A stretch of 64,000 nt of DNA, from the NCBI RefSeq assembly GCF_006345805.1, contig NC_043000.1, forward strand, positions 57,164,001-57,228,000, read 5' to 3'. The stretch comes from Octopus sinensis. Its lineage: Eukaryota. Made by a program: the position numbers and the translations under genes. Positions 23,281-37,300 of this stretch are shown piece after piece (position 1 is the stretch's first letter; each line of letters opens with the position of its first letter). The notes beneath the pieces were generated by a model. The model did no database searches, was not told where the DNA came from, and worked only from the letters and a program-made list of their open reading frames with translations.

Positions 23281-25649
23281 AGTATAATATTAATTCAATA
23301 CCAAGATTTAATTTTTTTGTCAAAAACAATATTTCATTTCATTTGTTTAACCATAGAGGAATATGGTTGCGCCTGTAGCTTTTGAAGAATCTTGTCAAGT
23401 GGAAGGTTGTGAGATTTTGTTGTAGAGTGACTAAGTTCTGTGCAAACTGAATTTACAATTCTGTATCATTTCCCAATTAAAAGTGCTTGAACTCATTCCA
23501 AAATGCCAGGCATGGGCATCACAACAAATTTCTGGTCTCAAGCCTACACAAGGAATTTGTTTATACCTAGTCTCAATATTCATTGCAATGAATTGGCGGA
23601 AAGGATATCACAATCAGGGGCAAACTGCCACCCACAGTAGTGTCTGAATGGTTCACCTAACAAAAAATTACCTTGAATTATTTTAGTAGTGCAGCCTGCT
23701 TCTCAAAACATTTTGCTCATGCATAAGATAGTGCATCAGATAAAATGCTTTGTAGTATTTATGTCCCTTCTATAAACATTGTTTTTTCAAGCCAACAAAA
23801 GAGTTTCTATGTGGTCAGTCAACCTGCTACAAGTAAGCCAAATTTCCCTTCTGTTTTAAAAAGTGACCTATTGGGAAATATGGTTCTAGATACATTGTGT
23901 TTCAACAAAAAAATGGGATGGTCATGTCTAGAACACTTTTAATCATATGTTTCTTTGATCTGAGTTGACCTAGGGTTTAACAACAACATACTTCAAGTTT
24001 AAAGAAACCCATATTTAATTTAATTTAATCTTAAATAAGTTACAACTTACTGTTCAACAAGTTATTAACCTCTAAAGGCATTCTCTTTATTATTTCTTTG
24101 CCTCTTTCATACTAAAAAGCTGAATAGATCTGGTTTTATATTTCTTTTATCTATTGAAGTATTTTTGTGGGGGACACAACAGTTCACCACTCTAAAAACT
24201 AATTGAATATATGAATCGCAACAGATAAATCTGTTTGATTATGTCTTGTCATTCTCTTTAGTTAAACTGTTTGCCACACAAGTGTTTCATTTCTTATCAA
24301 TTTAATTACCACTTTAGCCACCAATGTGTTCTAAGTTATTCACAGTTGAAAGCTTTTTAAGCCCAATTCATCTGATAGCATTTAAATAATGATTTAGATA
24401 AGCGAGAAAAGTAAAGGATGGTGGGTGACTTGTTATCAAATGTTTGTGAACAAAATTTTAATGTTTTTTTTTTCGTCTTTTGAGGAGTCATCAACAATAA
24501 ATTTTCTCTAATTTCATTACAAATCATTTTTTTCAATATTTTTCATTTGCCCCCCCTCCCACCTCACTCATTCACTCTTTCTCATGCTTGACTCATACTT
24601 TTCATCCACCACACAGAAAGTTTTTTTATTATATATTTCCTTTTAATGTTTTCATCTGTATTTACTTTTTGATTTCAATATTTTCCTTTGGATAATGTTT
24701 CTGAATGAATTCATCAACACATTTAATATCTTTTAATATTATTTGGTTTCACCTCTGGACTCAAGTCTTTGTACATCTTCAAAACACGGTGTAGTGTTGG
24801 TGGTTCCTCTTTGAAATTGCAGCCTAATGTTTCTTGCTCTATCACTGCCCTGTGATGATTCATTAAACCTATTCCCATACTGATTTTTACTGTGGAATGT
24901 TATCTCTTTCAATTCATTGTATTCCCTCCTTGCTAGTTATTTGTTCCTTCTATGCTGCTTGCTCTCCCTTCCCATGCTAATTCCCCACCATTCTTGCTGT
25001 TTTCAGTTTCACTTGTAATGCTATGTTTTCCACAAGGGAACAGACATCAGTCTGTGTAGTTTCTCTGTTTCACTACAACACATTAATGCAATGAAACATA
25101 AAGTTGGGCATAATTCATCTTTAAAACAAAAATATCTCAGAAGTATGAAATAGACTAAATATATAGAAAATATATGGGAAAATTTTAAATATTAAACCAT
25201 ATTAGATGATGGGTTGAGATAGTCTGGTTGTTAAAATAATACGTTACTCTCATATTTTATGATATGAGAGAAAAAATAATCTTAAAAGACATATGAAAAA
25301 ATTGCATACTAGTAGAATTCATGAAAAACTCCAACCAGTGCAGGAGATTGTTTATTTACTAATTTGATCTGCTTAATGTAGCGGCCATGTTTCTTTCAAC
25401 AAACGCTCTTTACTATCATTGATATGTGGGCCACATGCACCAGGATAACATTCCCAAAATACTGACAACAGCTGAAACACCAGTTGAAATAAAGACCGAA
25501 ATTCAACTCAGAGAAATATATGCAGATATTTTACACATGCAGGCCTTCATCTCAAACTAGGCACAATAAATACTTATTTCTGATTTGTGAATATTCAGCT
25601 GGTACTCTAATAAACAAAAGTCAATAAAAGAATACATACATGTATGCAT

Positions 25650-25689
<40 letters not shown>

Positions 25690-26147
25690 TCAATGTTTAT
25701 GACATGTAGGAGCATGTCATAACACTTTTAAGTCATAACACCTATGGTTTTATGTATTCACTCAATTATAGCTCATTTCTTTTCTTTTTACTATGTGTAT
25801 TGTTTAAGCAACAAACATGTGTGTGTGTGTTACACAAATAGTATAAATGGTGGAGAGATTGAGATTTGTAGCTTACAGTGTATAAACATTTGAATTTACG
25901 AAGAGCCAGAAAAAGTATTTAGTATTTGTAGAGCTTTTTCATTTATTTGAAGATGAGGGTTCCTCTCTGTTGCTTCTCTCTGAGTTTTTCATCTCGATTT
26001 TTAAAGAAATGAAAAACCAGATGAGATGGTCCACAAACTTTATTGAACACTGGAAAAGTTATGTAATTTAATATAAACGCTTAGTAAAGTACTCTGGAAT
26101 TACTTTGTATTATCTCAATAAGAACCCTTTCAGTTGTGTATGTATGT

Positions 26148-26360
26148 ATGCTGGCATCGACTACATTCAGATGGTGCTTTTTATGTGCCACCGGTACGGG
26201 GAGCCAGTCAGGCAGCACTGGCAATGGCCCACACATGAATGGTGCTTATTGCTTGCCACCTGCACAGGAGCCAATCTGCTGGCACTGGCATTGGCCACAA
26301 CTACAATTTCCATTTTGATTTGATTGAGATTCTGATTTTGATTTTACTTGACTCAATAGT
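26148..26360 (-). mobile_element. Family C (RTE 3' UTR) tandem-unit fragment
   Basis: Two to three units atggtgctttttatgtgccacc...gagccagtcaggcagcactggca. Confidence 0.75.
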
Positions 26361-27499
26361 CTCCTCAAATTTACTAGTTTTATTATCCTTTTATGTTCTA
26401 GTTACTTTATATTCAAACTCTCATGGCTTATTGCTATTTATAATAAAGTTTTCTTTTTCCCCACCAGCTGCAGAAGCGAGTTCTAGAGATCTCTAGATGT
26501 CTTGGAAGGTTACCATAAGGTATATATACTCATATTTTTCTTATATGTGTATATTTGAAATTCGTTCTTTCCACATATTTAGTTCACATACACATAGTCA
26601 TTAACTTCAACTTATTTCTAATTTGTTCGGATCATTTTCAGTGAATAAATGCCTTCATTAAATGAATTAAGATGTATCTCAAACTTCATGTGTTTAATAA
26701 CATAAACCACTTCTTGCTACTTTAAGTAAATGTATATTTATGCTTTGTTTTGTAATTGAAACTATAAAATGTTTTATATTATAAAACATATGATTTTGTT
26801 TGAATGCAATGCAGTATAACATCAATACAAAGATATACCATATCACAACCATGTCAAATTCTACTGTGACCTCCCCATTGAATTTTTTAAACTCTATTGT
26901 TGCATTTTAATAAGACTATCAAACTATTTTAGAAAGTAGTGTTTTGACAATGTTATATTTTAACGCTTTTAACTCTGTGTGTTATACATATATATATATA
27001 AATATGTATGGTGATTGCAATCGCTGTCGTGCTGTTTAGGTGTGTTAAAGACAGTTACATTTCCATTCATGGCATATTTGCCAACACTCTAATATTACAT
27101 GCAAGAAAATATCAAACAGATATTTATTATTAAAAAGATCAGTCAGATTAAATATTTTATATTTGCTTTCATTTTTGTTGCTTGTATCCATTTATCTCTG
27201 CTATTGATCTAATATATCGACACTTTGAGCTTAGCAAAATACATTAAGTTTATGTGTTTTGGGAGAATTCATTGAGTGGATGGGTTGCAGTGGTGGTTGA
27301 GGGGAGCTGTCATACTTTAGAAAATCGACCATTCTGTTATATGAGAGATGTCATAAAATGCTGGTTTAGTAATGCAGTTTCAATGGAACACTCACATATA
27401 ATATTCTTCAGATCTTATGTTCTGCTTTGTCCTTTGTTCTTCACCAGTCCCAACTTCTCTCCACTGCATTGTTCAAGCAAATTAAATAGGATGAGCCAA

Positions 27500-27690
27500 T
27501 GAACGAGCCTCAGCTTTTCAATTTGCTAGAAATAGCAGTCAAATTTCCATTAACTCTCACCTTACTATCTTCAAATAAAGAGACACATTAAACAATGTAG
27601 TTTTGTAATTATTCAAAAAGAGGGATTGATCATGGCTGGAGTGACTTTGATCATATATCTGCTCAACCAGGAATGCCTGTATCAAAGTAA
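27500..27690 (+). repeat. Interspersed repeat family D (unclassified; many degenerate copies in the window)
   Basis: gctagaaatagcagtcaaat...catggctggagtgactttgatcata...; similar segments occur at ~4800, 6445, 12160, 23900, 32850, 40250-40510, 48940 and 54850. Confidence 0.65.
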
Positions 27691-28099
27691 TTAGTAGGAA
27701 AGTTATAGATATACTATTGCCTACTGCCTATAACCAGTAACAAAATGTGACTCTCAGTTGTTGCTTCAGAAAATTTTAGAAAAACATTTGACTAGTTTCA
27801 TAACAGAAAACAATAAACCTATAAAAATGTAATTGGTTTGTGTAATTATTATCATTTTCAATAAGAGAGCCTTGAATTAACAGAATTGATATAATGACAT
27901 ACAAAATGATTTGCATATGTAGTTCATTTCAATTTTCAGAGTTCAGTCGTCGCTAAGAGGTACTTTGGTTTCATATTTCAAGGTTTACACAATAAGTGCC
28001 AATTATGTACAGCTGTCCACAAATTTGAGTTTTTGTGCCTATATTAAAAATTGTTCTTGTCATTGCCATTATTGTTGATAAGGAAGGGCAATCAGTTTT

Positions 28100-28933
28100 T
28101 TTCTGTTTAGTGACTATGGCAAAAGAAGTGGTGTGGTTGACTCATTAGAAAGGGTCAAAGACAGGCATCTTCCTCTCTGGTCAAGTTCTCATGAATTTCT
28201 TCAAATGCCACTGTACCACAAAGATGGCTTAGGGTATGAGATTGACAAAGCTGAATGAGTCTACTCTGAATATACTTTTCTAGGGAAGAAAGAACCTAAG
28301 AGAGGGCGGCTTCAATGCCTTAGATGCGGCAGAGTAGTAATTCAGGTCTTTGTGTAGGATTTTCCCTTAAATTACCTTAGATAGTCTTTCTTACCTGTTG
28401 GGAAATTTTTCTTGTTGAATATTTTAGTTGAATTTTTTATTTTTATGTCCTTTATTTTTGTTGATTTTTCTTCTTAAAAATAAAAGTTCTAGTAGGTATG
28501 AGCTTCCAGAAAAGTACACTTTCATTAACATGATTTGCTCTGGTGTGTACTCTCCTTTAACATTTTTTTTTCTGAAACCCAGGATAATTAGTAACAGCCT
28601 CTGTATCAGCACTGGTAGCTTCAAACTTTTGGCTTTTTTCAAAAATTAGAATCATGCTTATCTGCATGATGTCGAGTTTTATGTTCTATCCATACACCCA
28701 AGAGCCATAGCATTATTAGTATCACATTAGATCTATAAAAAAATGAGTTCCAATCAGTTAACAGAGTAGCTTCTTGAGTGCTTTAGTGTTTCATATTTTG
28801 GTAATGTGACTGATTTTTTTTCTTCTGCATCAAACCTTTTTAAAACATCAAGTTTCATAACCATGCCAATCCTTTTACATTTCTTTTTTGCACTGCTACC
28901 TTCAATTCTACTTGATAGCTTCTTTCTAGACAT
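28100..28933 (-). pseudogene. Tigger/pogo transposase remnant
   Basis: MSRKKLSSRIEGSSAKKKCKRIGMVMKLDVLKRFD (CENP-B-type HTH start); IFEKAKSL; across a frameshift GEYTPEQI-NESVLFWKLIPTRTFI, matching the pogo YxPEQIFNxDETGLFWKxMPxRTFI motif. Confidence 0.8.
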
Positions 28934-29479
28934 CTTGAATGGTAGGTAAATCCAGCAGCAGCTGCAGTCAACACTTATCTGCTACAAATATGTACCACCT
29001 GAGAAAAATAGCATCAAGAAAGAACTGTTTTGTAAGAGCAAAAAATTCTTATGTTATGTTCCTATGGATGTAAGAATGGAAATGGGAAAATGAAGGGGTA
29101 AAAGAGTGAGATGCCTTTTCACCTCTTACATGAGCCATAAAAACTTCACACTCTACTCACACATACACACACATGGCAAATAAAACACACATACATACCA
29201 TTGTGTTGACATAAAACACATGTGGCTAGAGATATTGCTATAATGCTGATATTGTTGTCAGTTGATTATTCAAAACTGGGTATTCCTACTCACTTTGTAG
29301 TACCTTGAAGATTCACTCTGACACCTCATCACCAATTTCTTTAGCAAGAAACCTTGCTTGCTCTGGCCATTTTCTCTTAGATTGTACCCTTTTCTTCTCT
29401 TTATTCTCCTAGTATAAAGTTTGCTCTCTCCACCTCAGCTTCATAGTGTTATAAACAGCATAGTAACCTCTCTAGTGTT

Positions 29480-29660
29480 GATGATACAAAAAAGGCACCT
29501 AGTACACACTGTAAAGTTATTGGCATTAGGAAGGATATCCAGCTGTGGAAAGTATGCCAAAGAGACTCTGGAATAGGACACAGTCCTTGGGCCCATCAAC
29601 TTCCATCAAACTGTCCAGCTTGTGACAGCATTGAACTTGGAAGGTAAATGATGATGATGA
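29480..29660 (+). mobile_element. Old family C/RTE tail copy
   Basis: aaaggcacctagtacacactgtaaagttattggcattaggaaggatatccagctg...aatgatgatgatg. Confidence 0.65.
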
Positions 29661-30304
29661 ATAATGTACTAATTAACCATAGTAAGACAGGCTAGTCATG
29701 GCCAGTTTGGCTTGACTCTTGAGTCTGATCAAAGCTGACTTGAGGTTAAACAATAAAAACAACTACCACCTTAAATTTAATTAAGGTATTAGACCAAAAC
29801 AAAACTCCTGCCTACATGTTTGTGCTGTAGAATACCATTATTTCACATCCACTTTCCATGATGGCATGGGTTGGATGGCACACAATAGGGTTTAGTTAAT
29901 CCTGCAAAGATTCTTGCTTTATTCAAAATTGTTTATTAAATTAACGCTGTTGCTATTATTGATTTTCTTGGGGATTCTATTGCTTCCTGTTGTAATAAAG
30001 AAAGTTCCTGATATAATCCTTTAAACAATTTAAAAAAGACATATATTGCTATAAGCCATACATTGTTTGGTGCCAGAAGATACAAGGGAATTCCCTATAG
30101 GAGTATGTGGTATGTATGACTTGTAGAAATCTAATAGCTCTAAGTGTTCCAGCTTGGTAGGCATAAAAGAACAACTCACTTTCTTCTGAATAAATAAATG
30201 ATGGCATTCTAAAAACAGAGAATAAAAGTCTATTGACAAGTGTTCAGAAGGACAGATGGCTTTTATAATAGAAATATCTTTCAGATGGTTCACTTTTGGT
30301 TTAG

Positions 30305-30508
30305 TCCTTTAGTATTTAAACTGGTCATATATGGCCCAAATATTCTACCTGTTTTATGTTCAAACTGGTCAAATCTGGCCTTTCCCACCTAACCTACAAT
30401 ATTATTCTAAAAATAAGCATTGAAAACTGCAAGGTAGCATATGATTACTTCAAAACAATGTGAATAAATAAGCATTATATTTGACAGAGTAATCTGAATG
30501 CTAAAGGA
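30305..30508. mobile_element. piggyBac-type MITE
   Basis: TIRs tcctttagtatt / aatgctaaagga (11 of 12 match), flanked by ttag and TTAA. Confidence 0.8.
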
Positions 30509-31371
30509 TTAATTTTAATCCTTATATGGTAGCTGATGCTGGGTTGCATCAGAAAGAGTAAATTCTATATAAGTTTTAGGGTTTACTGTGACGGTAAACT
30601 TAAATTTTCCTCATTAACAACAGGGGATCCCAAAAAGCAGTAGGAATTTGATATGGCTTTACATTAAACTAAGCTTGTTCCAAAGATTTAGCCTACTAGA
30701 TGGTATTATCCAGAGTAAAGGTATTGTTTTCTGGTAATTTTGTCCTGATAGTGGTTTGAACATATTCTACATACAAAGAACTCTTTATGAAAAGTGATTT
30801 TTGTTTTCTGTTTAAACTTTAAAATCACATTTATAACTTACTCTAATTTATAATTAAAATTTGTAGAAATGATCTATTGTTTGGAATCTCATAGAAAGAA
30901 GGTATCTGGTATATATTTCATTTGGTATTTTCACTTAATGCTTTAAAATAACAAGAAGAACCTTGCGTAATATTTGCTGCATTACCCTCAATATAAGAAG
31001 AAAATGTCTGGTTTGTTAGGATGAAGGTTAAGACTATTAATTGTTAGTAAATATTTGCATCCCTTTATTCTATAATTTAAACTTCTTACCAAATTGAGGA
31101 AAGTTGGAATGTCAAATTAATCTTATGTTGTTCATTTTCATTCATTAATTTAAATTGATTAAACTGTTATAATGAAGGGAATTCAGCACTTTATTTATTT
31201 AGGAGTGGATTTTTATCTTTTGAACATCAGAGATTCAGAATCTTGAGAGGGGAAAATTCAGAAACTATATATGATGTTTCTGTGATCTTGTAAGTAAAGG
31301 CATATGTAGACAGCATCATAGAACATCCTGCACAGGGTTCAGTCTTGTCCAGGGGATAACTAAGATTAAGC

Positions 31372-31762
31372 ACAAGCATGGTTGTGAGGTTAAGAAGCTC
31401 ACTTTGCAGCCACATGACATCAGGTTCAATCCTCTTGCATAGCACCTTGGGGAAGTGTGTTCTACTGTAACACCAGGCTAACTAATGTCTCGTAAGTGAA
31501 TTTGATAGATGGAAACTGTGTGGAAACCTGTTGTGCATATGCGTGTGTGTTTGTGTTTGTCTGTGCACTCCCCACTACTTGACAACTGGTGTTGGTTTGT
31601 TTACATCCCCATAACAGAGGTTTAGCAATAGTGACTTATAGAATAAGTACCAGACTTTAAAAAATAAGTACTGGGTGTAATTTGTTTGACTTAAAACCTT
31701 TCATGGTAGTGCTCCAGTATGGCCTGAATCTAATGACTGAAACAAGTAAAAGATATAAAAGA
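31372..31762 (+). mobile_element. SINE family A, full length, diverged
   Basis: Head with caggttcaatcc B box, ccttggggaagtgtgttctac, 3' body ending gactgaaacaagtaaaaga. Confidence 0.82.
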
Positions 31763-33699
31763 TATTTAATTTGTATATGGATTGTATAATTACATTTTCA
31801 TTCTTAACAAATTGAAACAATAGCCTTATAAATTTTCTGATTCTGAAACAATACAAATTAATGCTTTTCATTATTGAATACATTAATTCTGTTATTTTGA
31901 AAACTAACCCTATTTAAATATGAAATCGATCAATTATCCAGTTATATCTAATTTCAACTACAATAACATTACAGCCTTGATCAAAACACTATGAGAAGCT
32001 ATCCTTTCATTATAGGCTTTTGGTTGGAGCTTTGATCAACAAGTACAAAGATGCAAGCATTCTTTCATGTAGACATGTATTTGAGAATAGTGTAAGCACC
32101 TACTATCTCTTACTCCGATACATTGTTCAGTGCTAAAAGTGATGAATACAATTATTGATAAGAGTGATAATCTATTTTTGGTTTTTATAACATACTAAAG
32201 TTCTTGATGAGAGAGTGTGTTTGAATTAGTTTGTTCATGGTTGGATAGCAACTTGCAGATTGTGTGTGTATGTTGGTTTGTTCCTGAATTTCACATTGTT
32301 CTTATGTCTGCCTTTGAATCTGTTGTTGTGCCTGCCTGTCAGCCTTTCTCTGCTTGTGTTATATATACATACGCACGTACAGACTGATGTAATTAGTTTT
32401 AATTTATGAATAAATGTTTGTCTATAGTTTTAAATCAGAATTTATGAACTTCCTTTCCAAAACAAACGTGTGTATGTTGTATCTTACAATATATGTAATC
32501 TACAGTCATTATGCAGTGTCTATTTTTTAATTATCTCACTAAGAAGATTGGATTTTTGCTGCTTATTTGTATTGTTGGTGTTTTTTTTTTTTGTTTTTTT
32601 TACTCTTCATATTGACCTATAAAATATCATGTAGCCAAACTAACCAAAAGACTGAAGTACATAGTCTGACCAGACAGCCAAAACAATAGTGTTTGCCAGC
32701 AAGAAAACAATGACTAATGTTTGGATGTCTTTCAGTTTTGTATTTCAATTCAGTCTTTACTCTAAATGCTTTACTAATTATTTGCTTATCTCCTTACATA
32801 ACACATAAGCACATCAAATACATGATTTCATTAGTTGCTTTTGTTGTCATTAGGGTTTAGAAGCCAGGTCAGCTCTAATTAAATCTATAATCAAAGGTGT
32901 TTCCTCTGTTTACTCTCCTTATCTATTTAGGACTACATAGTATAAGGCACTATTTCCATTTTTTCAGATGCTAGAGTCTGATTTGGGCTGATCTGACTGC
33001 TATTTCTAGTGAGGCAATCGACCATGTAGACAGGGTTCATTATTACATTGGTTCATTGTTTGATCAAATCAGTGTATCTAAAACTGAGTTAAATCAAAAG
33101 TTTTGGATGTTAACAGATTTTTTTCTTATTCAATTCTTAATTCTGTTCACTCAACATGAAACATTGAATAACAAAAAGGAAAAAAAAATGGGAAGATGTT
33201 CCATGCATTTATTATCCTTCAAGTTAATGGGGATTATCCACTTAACATAGATTACATAACACCTTTTAATTACTTAGCTTGTATATTTTAGATTTATCTG
33301 TTGGTTTAAATTAATTATCTATCAACATAATTGGGTGACATGATAGCTGACACAATATGCAAATTAGCTAGTAACACTCAAGATTAATTATCAAGCAAGC
33401 TGAGCTATTTGAGCAGGAGTTCAAGGCCATTTTCTTCACAATTTGTTCTGTGCTGTAAGGTGATATAAATTAATTCTATTTTGATATACTTCAAAAGTGG
33501 TAAGTGATTCATTAGAGAAGAAAGCAAGTACATTGATTCGCAATGATCTGGAGTATCAATGACATATGGTTGAACCAGAATTGTTGATGAAAGATTTTGA
33601 GGGGCATCCTTAATCATAGCTTAGACTCATGTGCATGTTACTTCACTCACTGCACACACACACACGACAAAGAACCCCAAACAATAAATAAATAAAAAG

Positions 33700-34300
33700 C
33701 AAGATAAGTTCATGATTGAAATTATTAGTTTGATGCTCGAGAAGTGTGGGCTGTTGCCCCATCTAGATAAAACCAAACATTGTCCCTATTGTGAAGTTCA
33801 TTCAGTTTGGGTTTCAGGAAAGTCTCTAGCATCACACAATATCAATCAGAGTTCACAGTCACTGTAACATTGTTTTCTTCGAAGAAGTATAGACACCAAA
33901 TGTCAAATTCTGCTACTGCACACCATACAATGCAAGGGGCATTTGTACAAGTCATGAGGGTCGTTCCTGACCCAGTATTGGAAGTTTTGCTTATTCATGC
34001 TGCCACATAGGTGAAAAAGAGCTTTGTTGCTGAACAACACAAGAACTGCACGGGGAGGGGGGCATGTTGAATTTCCAAGCACAATGCTCTGTAAGTTTCA
34101 AAGTCTCATTCACTGAGTTCTTGTGCCAAAACCACTTTGTATGGATGCATTTGCAGTTCCTTGTGAAGAATTCTTCGCAAACTTCTATTGGAAAGCCTAA
34201 AAGCAGTGGTGTGTTTCCAAGCAGAATGTTGTGGAGAATGCTGAGCCCTTACTGCTGCCACATTTTCTGGAGTTCTGGCAGTCCGAGGTCAACCAGTTGA
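33700..34300 (-). pseudogene. Tc1/mariner (DD37D/maT-like) transposase remnant
   Basis: Pieces across frameshifts: KSTG*PRTARTPENVAAVR, MHPYKVVLAQELSERDF, LFSNKALFHLCGSMNKQNFQYW, VTVTVNSD*YC, VWFYLDGATAHT. Confidence 0.82.
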
Positions 34301-37300
34301 CTTTCATTTCAATACTGAACCACTAGCATATATATATATGTATGTGTATATATATATATATATATACATACATACATATGTATACACACACATTTCCTGT
34401 TGTATTTTAGTAGAATCATTAAAGCATAGGATAGAAAAACTTGTTTTTGTTCCGGCTCTCTGCATTCTAAGTCCAAATCCCACTAATGTCACTGTGTTTC
34501 ATTATTTCCTGGGTTGATAAATAGTTATCGTTGGTGCTCCCCATCTCATTATCCTTCTTTTTCAATTATTAACTGTGTGTTGCACCATGAGAATGGTCTG
34601 GAGAGAACTACTCTCAACAGCTCTTTCACAGAAAGGAAGAAGAGCTGAGTGAGAGGCTGATAATTCTTTTCTCATAGGTATGCTGCTAGAACTGTTTTAG
34701 AGCAAATTGATATAGGATACAGTACAAAATAAATATAGGATATGGGCATGGTTATGTGGCTAGGAAGTTTGCCTTGTATCCATGTCATTTCAGGTTCAGT
34801 CCCACTGTGTGACACCTTGGACATATACCACAGTTTTGGGTTGACCACTGTCTTAGCAGATGGAAATTTGTATTTGTGTGAGTTTGTACATGTCTTTATT
34901 TGTGCATACTGGTGTTAATACTTGTAAATTTCCTTAAGGGAAGTAACCTGAGTGAACTTAGCTATTTGATAAATAGAGAATTATAAAATGAGGACTGTAT
35001 TCAGTATTGGGGTTGATATAACTGATGAAAACCTTCTGAAGTTGGTACACTATTGGTTACAGTCAAAAAGAAAAAAAAAAGATATATAGATACACACTAA
35101 GAGATACATACTATTTCAACATGTAATTCTCTGTTCAGAAAACAGTCTTCTAAATAGATTATTTTGATATTATGCTGAAGTTTATTTCATTCTATCTTTG
35201 CCACTTGTTCTATTTAATCGCTGTGTTCCATATATTTTTTTCTTTTTCCTTTCTCTATCCTTATTGATTTAACAATCCAACAAACATCTCCATTCACTCT
35301 TCAACTATTTGTTATTCTCCACTCTTTGTATTGACCTGTAATAATTGCTAATTCGAAACACTGCAGTAGATTTTGCTAAAATCAATATAGTATTTGTATA
35401 CAGTCTGTCAATTCTCTTCTCTCTTTTTCTGTCTCTGTTTTTCCCATTATTATTAAATATAGCCTAATTGCAACCAATCTATAAACATTGAAGAGAAAGA
35501 GACCAAATGATAGTTTTTCCTTTGTTTTGGGGGGATTTTTTTTCCTTAATTTTTATCATCACATTGAAATAAATATCAGTTAATAAATGCAGTCATGTAA
35601 TAATTAATCTATTACTCTCTTTAACTATTTTGTTTAACTGAATATTTGCAAAATGAATTAATATTAGTTAATTCCATTTCATCAACTTTTATGTATTACA
35701 TAGACCTGAAATCACAAATTTAATTCAGTAATTTTTTTTTAGTTCATATTTAATAAAAGTAAAATAAAACAAATTAGACTTTTGTTTGAAATATTTGATA
35801 AAAATAAAATGTTTTCATAAATGAAATGAAAACAAAAAAAAAGATTAAAAACATTGTTTAAAAATTGGTATTTAAATTCAAAGTTTCAATTTAAAACAAT
35901 GATTTAAAAAAAAATTTTATTGCTTAAAATTGATTTCCAATTATCTTATTGATTTTCATTTTAAGTTTGAATCACAATTTCAGATTTCATCTTTCCTGAT
36001 TTTAGTTCTTGAATACCTTTTCACTTCCATAGAATTGAAATTTTGATCCATTGTCTTCATTTTAGGCATTAAAAACAATATCTAGGACATTTAACTGTAC
36101 TAATCATTATGTAGAGTAGCTGTAAAAGTTATATAACATGTTCCTAATATTTTCCATTTTCAACTTCACAGGGTCAAACTTTCTTGGTAGTTTTGCAATA
36201 GAGTTTGTAATGTATCTGACTTCAGTGCTCTAATTTCTTGTTGAACATAATTCTCCAGTCTCTGGAGTGTTTGGGGTTTGTTTACATCAGCTCTTTCTTT
36301 AAGATAACTCTTAGAGGGGGAAAAACATGTGGACAGTCAAATTTGATGACTGAAGAAGTCAGTTTTAAAATGGAAAGTGAATTTTGCACTATTATATAAA
36401 TAAGTAAACAATGGGATCCAAGGAAACTATTGATGTTCTACATTAACAATTGATAGTTATTAACAGTATAAAATGGAATAAATTGGTTTACTGTGATGAA
36501 GAATAAAAGTTTAAATTTTTAAGTAGAATTCTTTTTTCAAATGAACGGTACCACTTGAAACATTAGACTTGTCCTCTTAAACACAACAAAACAATTTATT
36601 CTCCTTTTTAACCTTTTTTTTTATTACATTTATTTTACTGCTTATAGCAATATATTCAAAAAGAGTGAGTAGATAATGAATTTAGCTTGGCTTAACTGTG
36701 TTGTAAAAGCATTGATAGCCACACTAACAAAGTGCCATAAGCTAGTTGAATAGACTCAAGTTCATATCCTAGTACTATGGTGTCTGTGGCCAAGACAGTT
36801 AATTCTTAAATGGTCCAATTTACCTAACTGCAAATATGCACTCTTGATGGTAATAAGACTCTGATGTTAGCAGTGGCACCACTGTAAAAATTGATGTGCT
36901 TCACTGGTTTCTTATGTTGAGCTCAACCCCCTTCAGTGGATGTAACCAAAAAAGACGAGTTATTTTTGTTTAGTCCCAGGCAAGTCCTGATTGAGCAACT
37001 GAATCAAAGCAACTGCAGTCTTGACTATTCAGCTTTTTTACCCTAGTATATTATACATAGGACTACAGGGAATAGTTGTATTACAGATGTTATTTGAAGG
37101 AAAGTTGTCTTCTTTTTGTAGCAGGTTGAGTAACTGTGTAGAAGCTCCCTCAGTGTTATCCTATTAGTCTTTCCTGTAAGTCAAGAGAGTTGAGAGTTTC
37201 TCATCATAAAATGTCAAGTAAGTGACTTGATCATCTAACAACAGACTGGTCACTGCAAGCTAATGGAACACTTGTTAATTATAGAGTGCTGCTCCTCATT

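Noticed and set aside
28424-28642. EYTPEQIMLMK as a UTP11-like exon
   Set aside because: The adjacent frame continues NESVLFWKLIPTRTFI and an upstream CENP-B-type N-terminus is present, so it is a Tigger/pogo transposase.
30030-30293. PSEHLSID as a piggyBac transposase fragment
   Set aside because: Only one short motif matches, and the downstream catalytic motifs are not recoverable.
31372-31440. SINE heads as tRNA genes
   Set aside because: A/B-box remnants are present but no cloverleaf, and each head continues into a SINE body.
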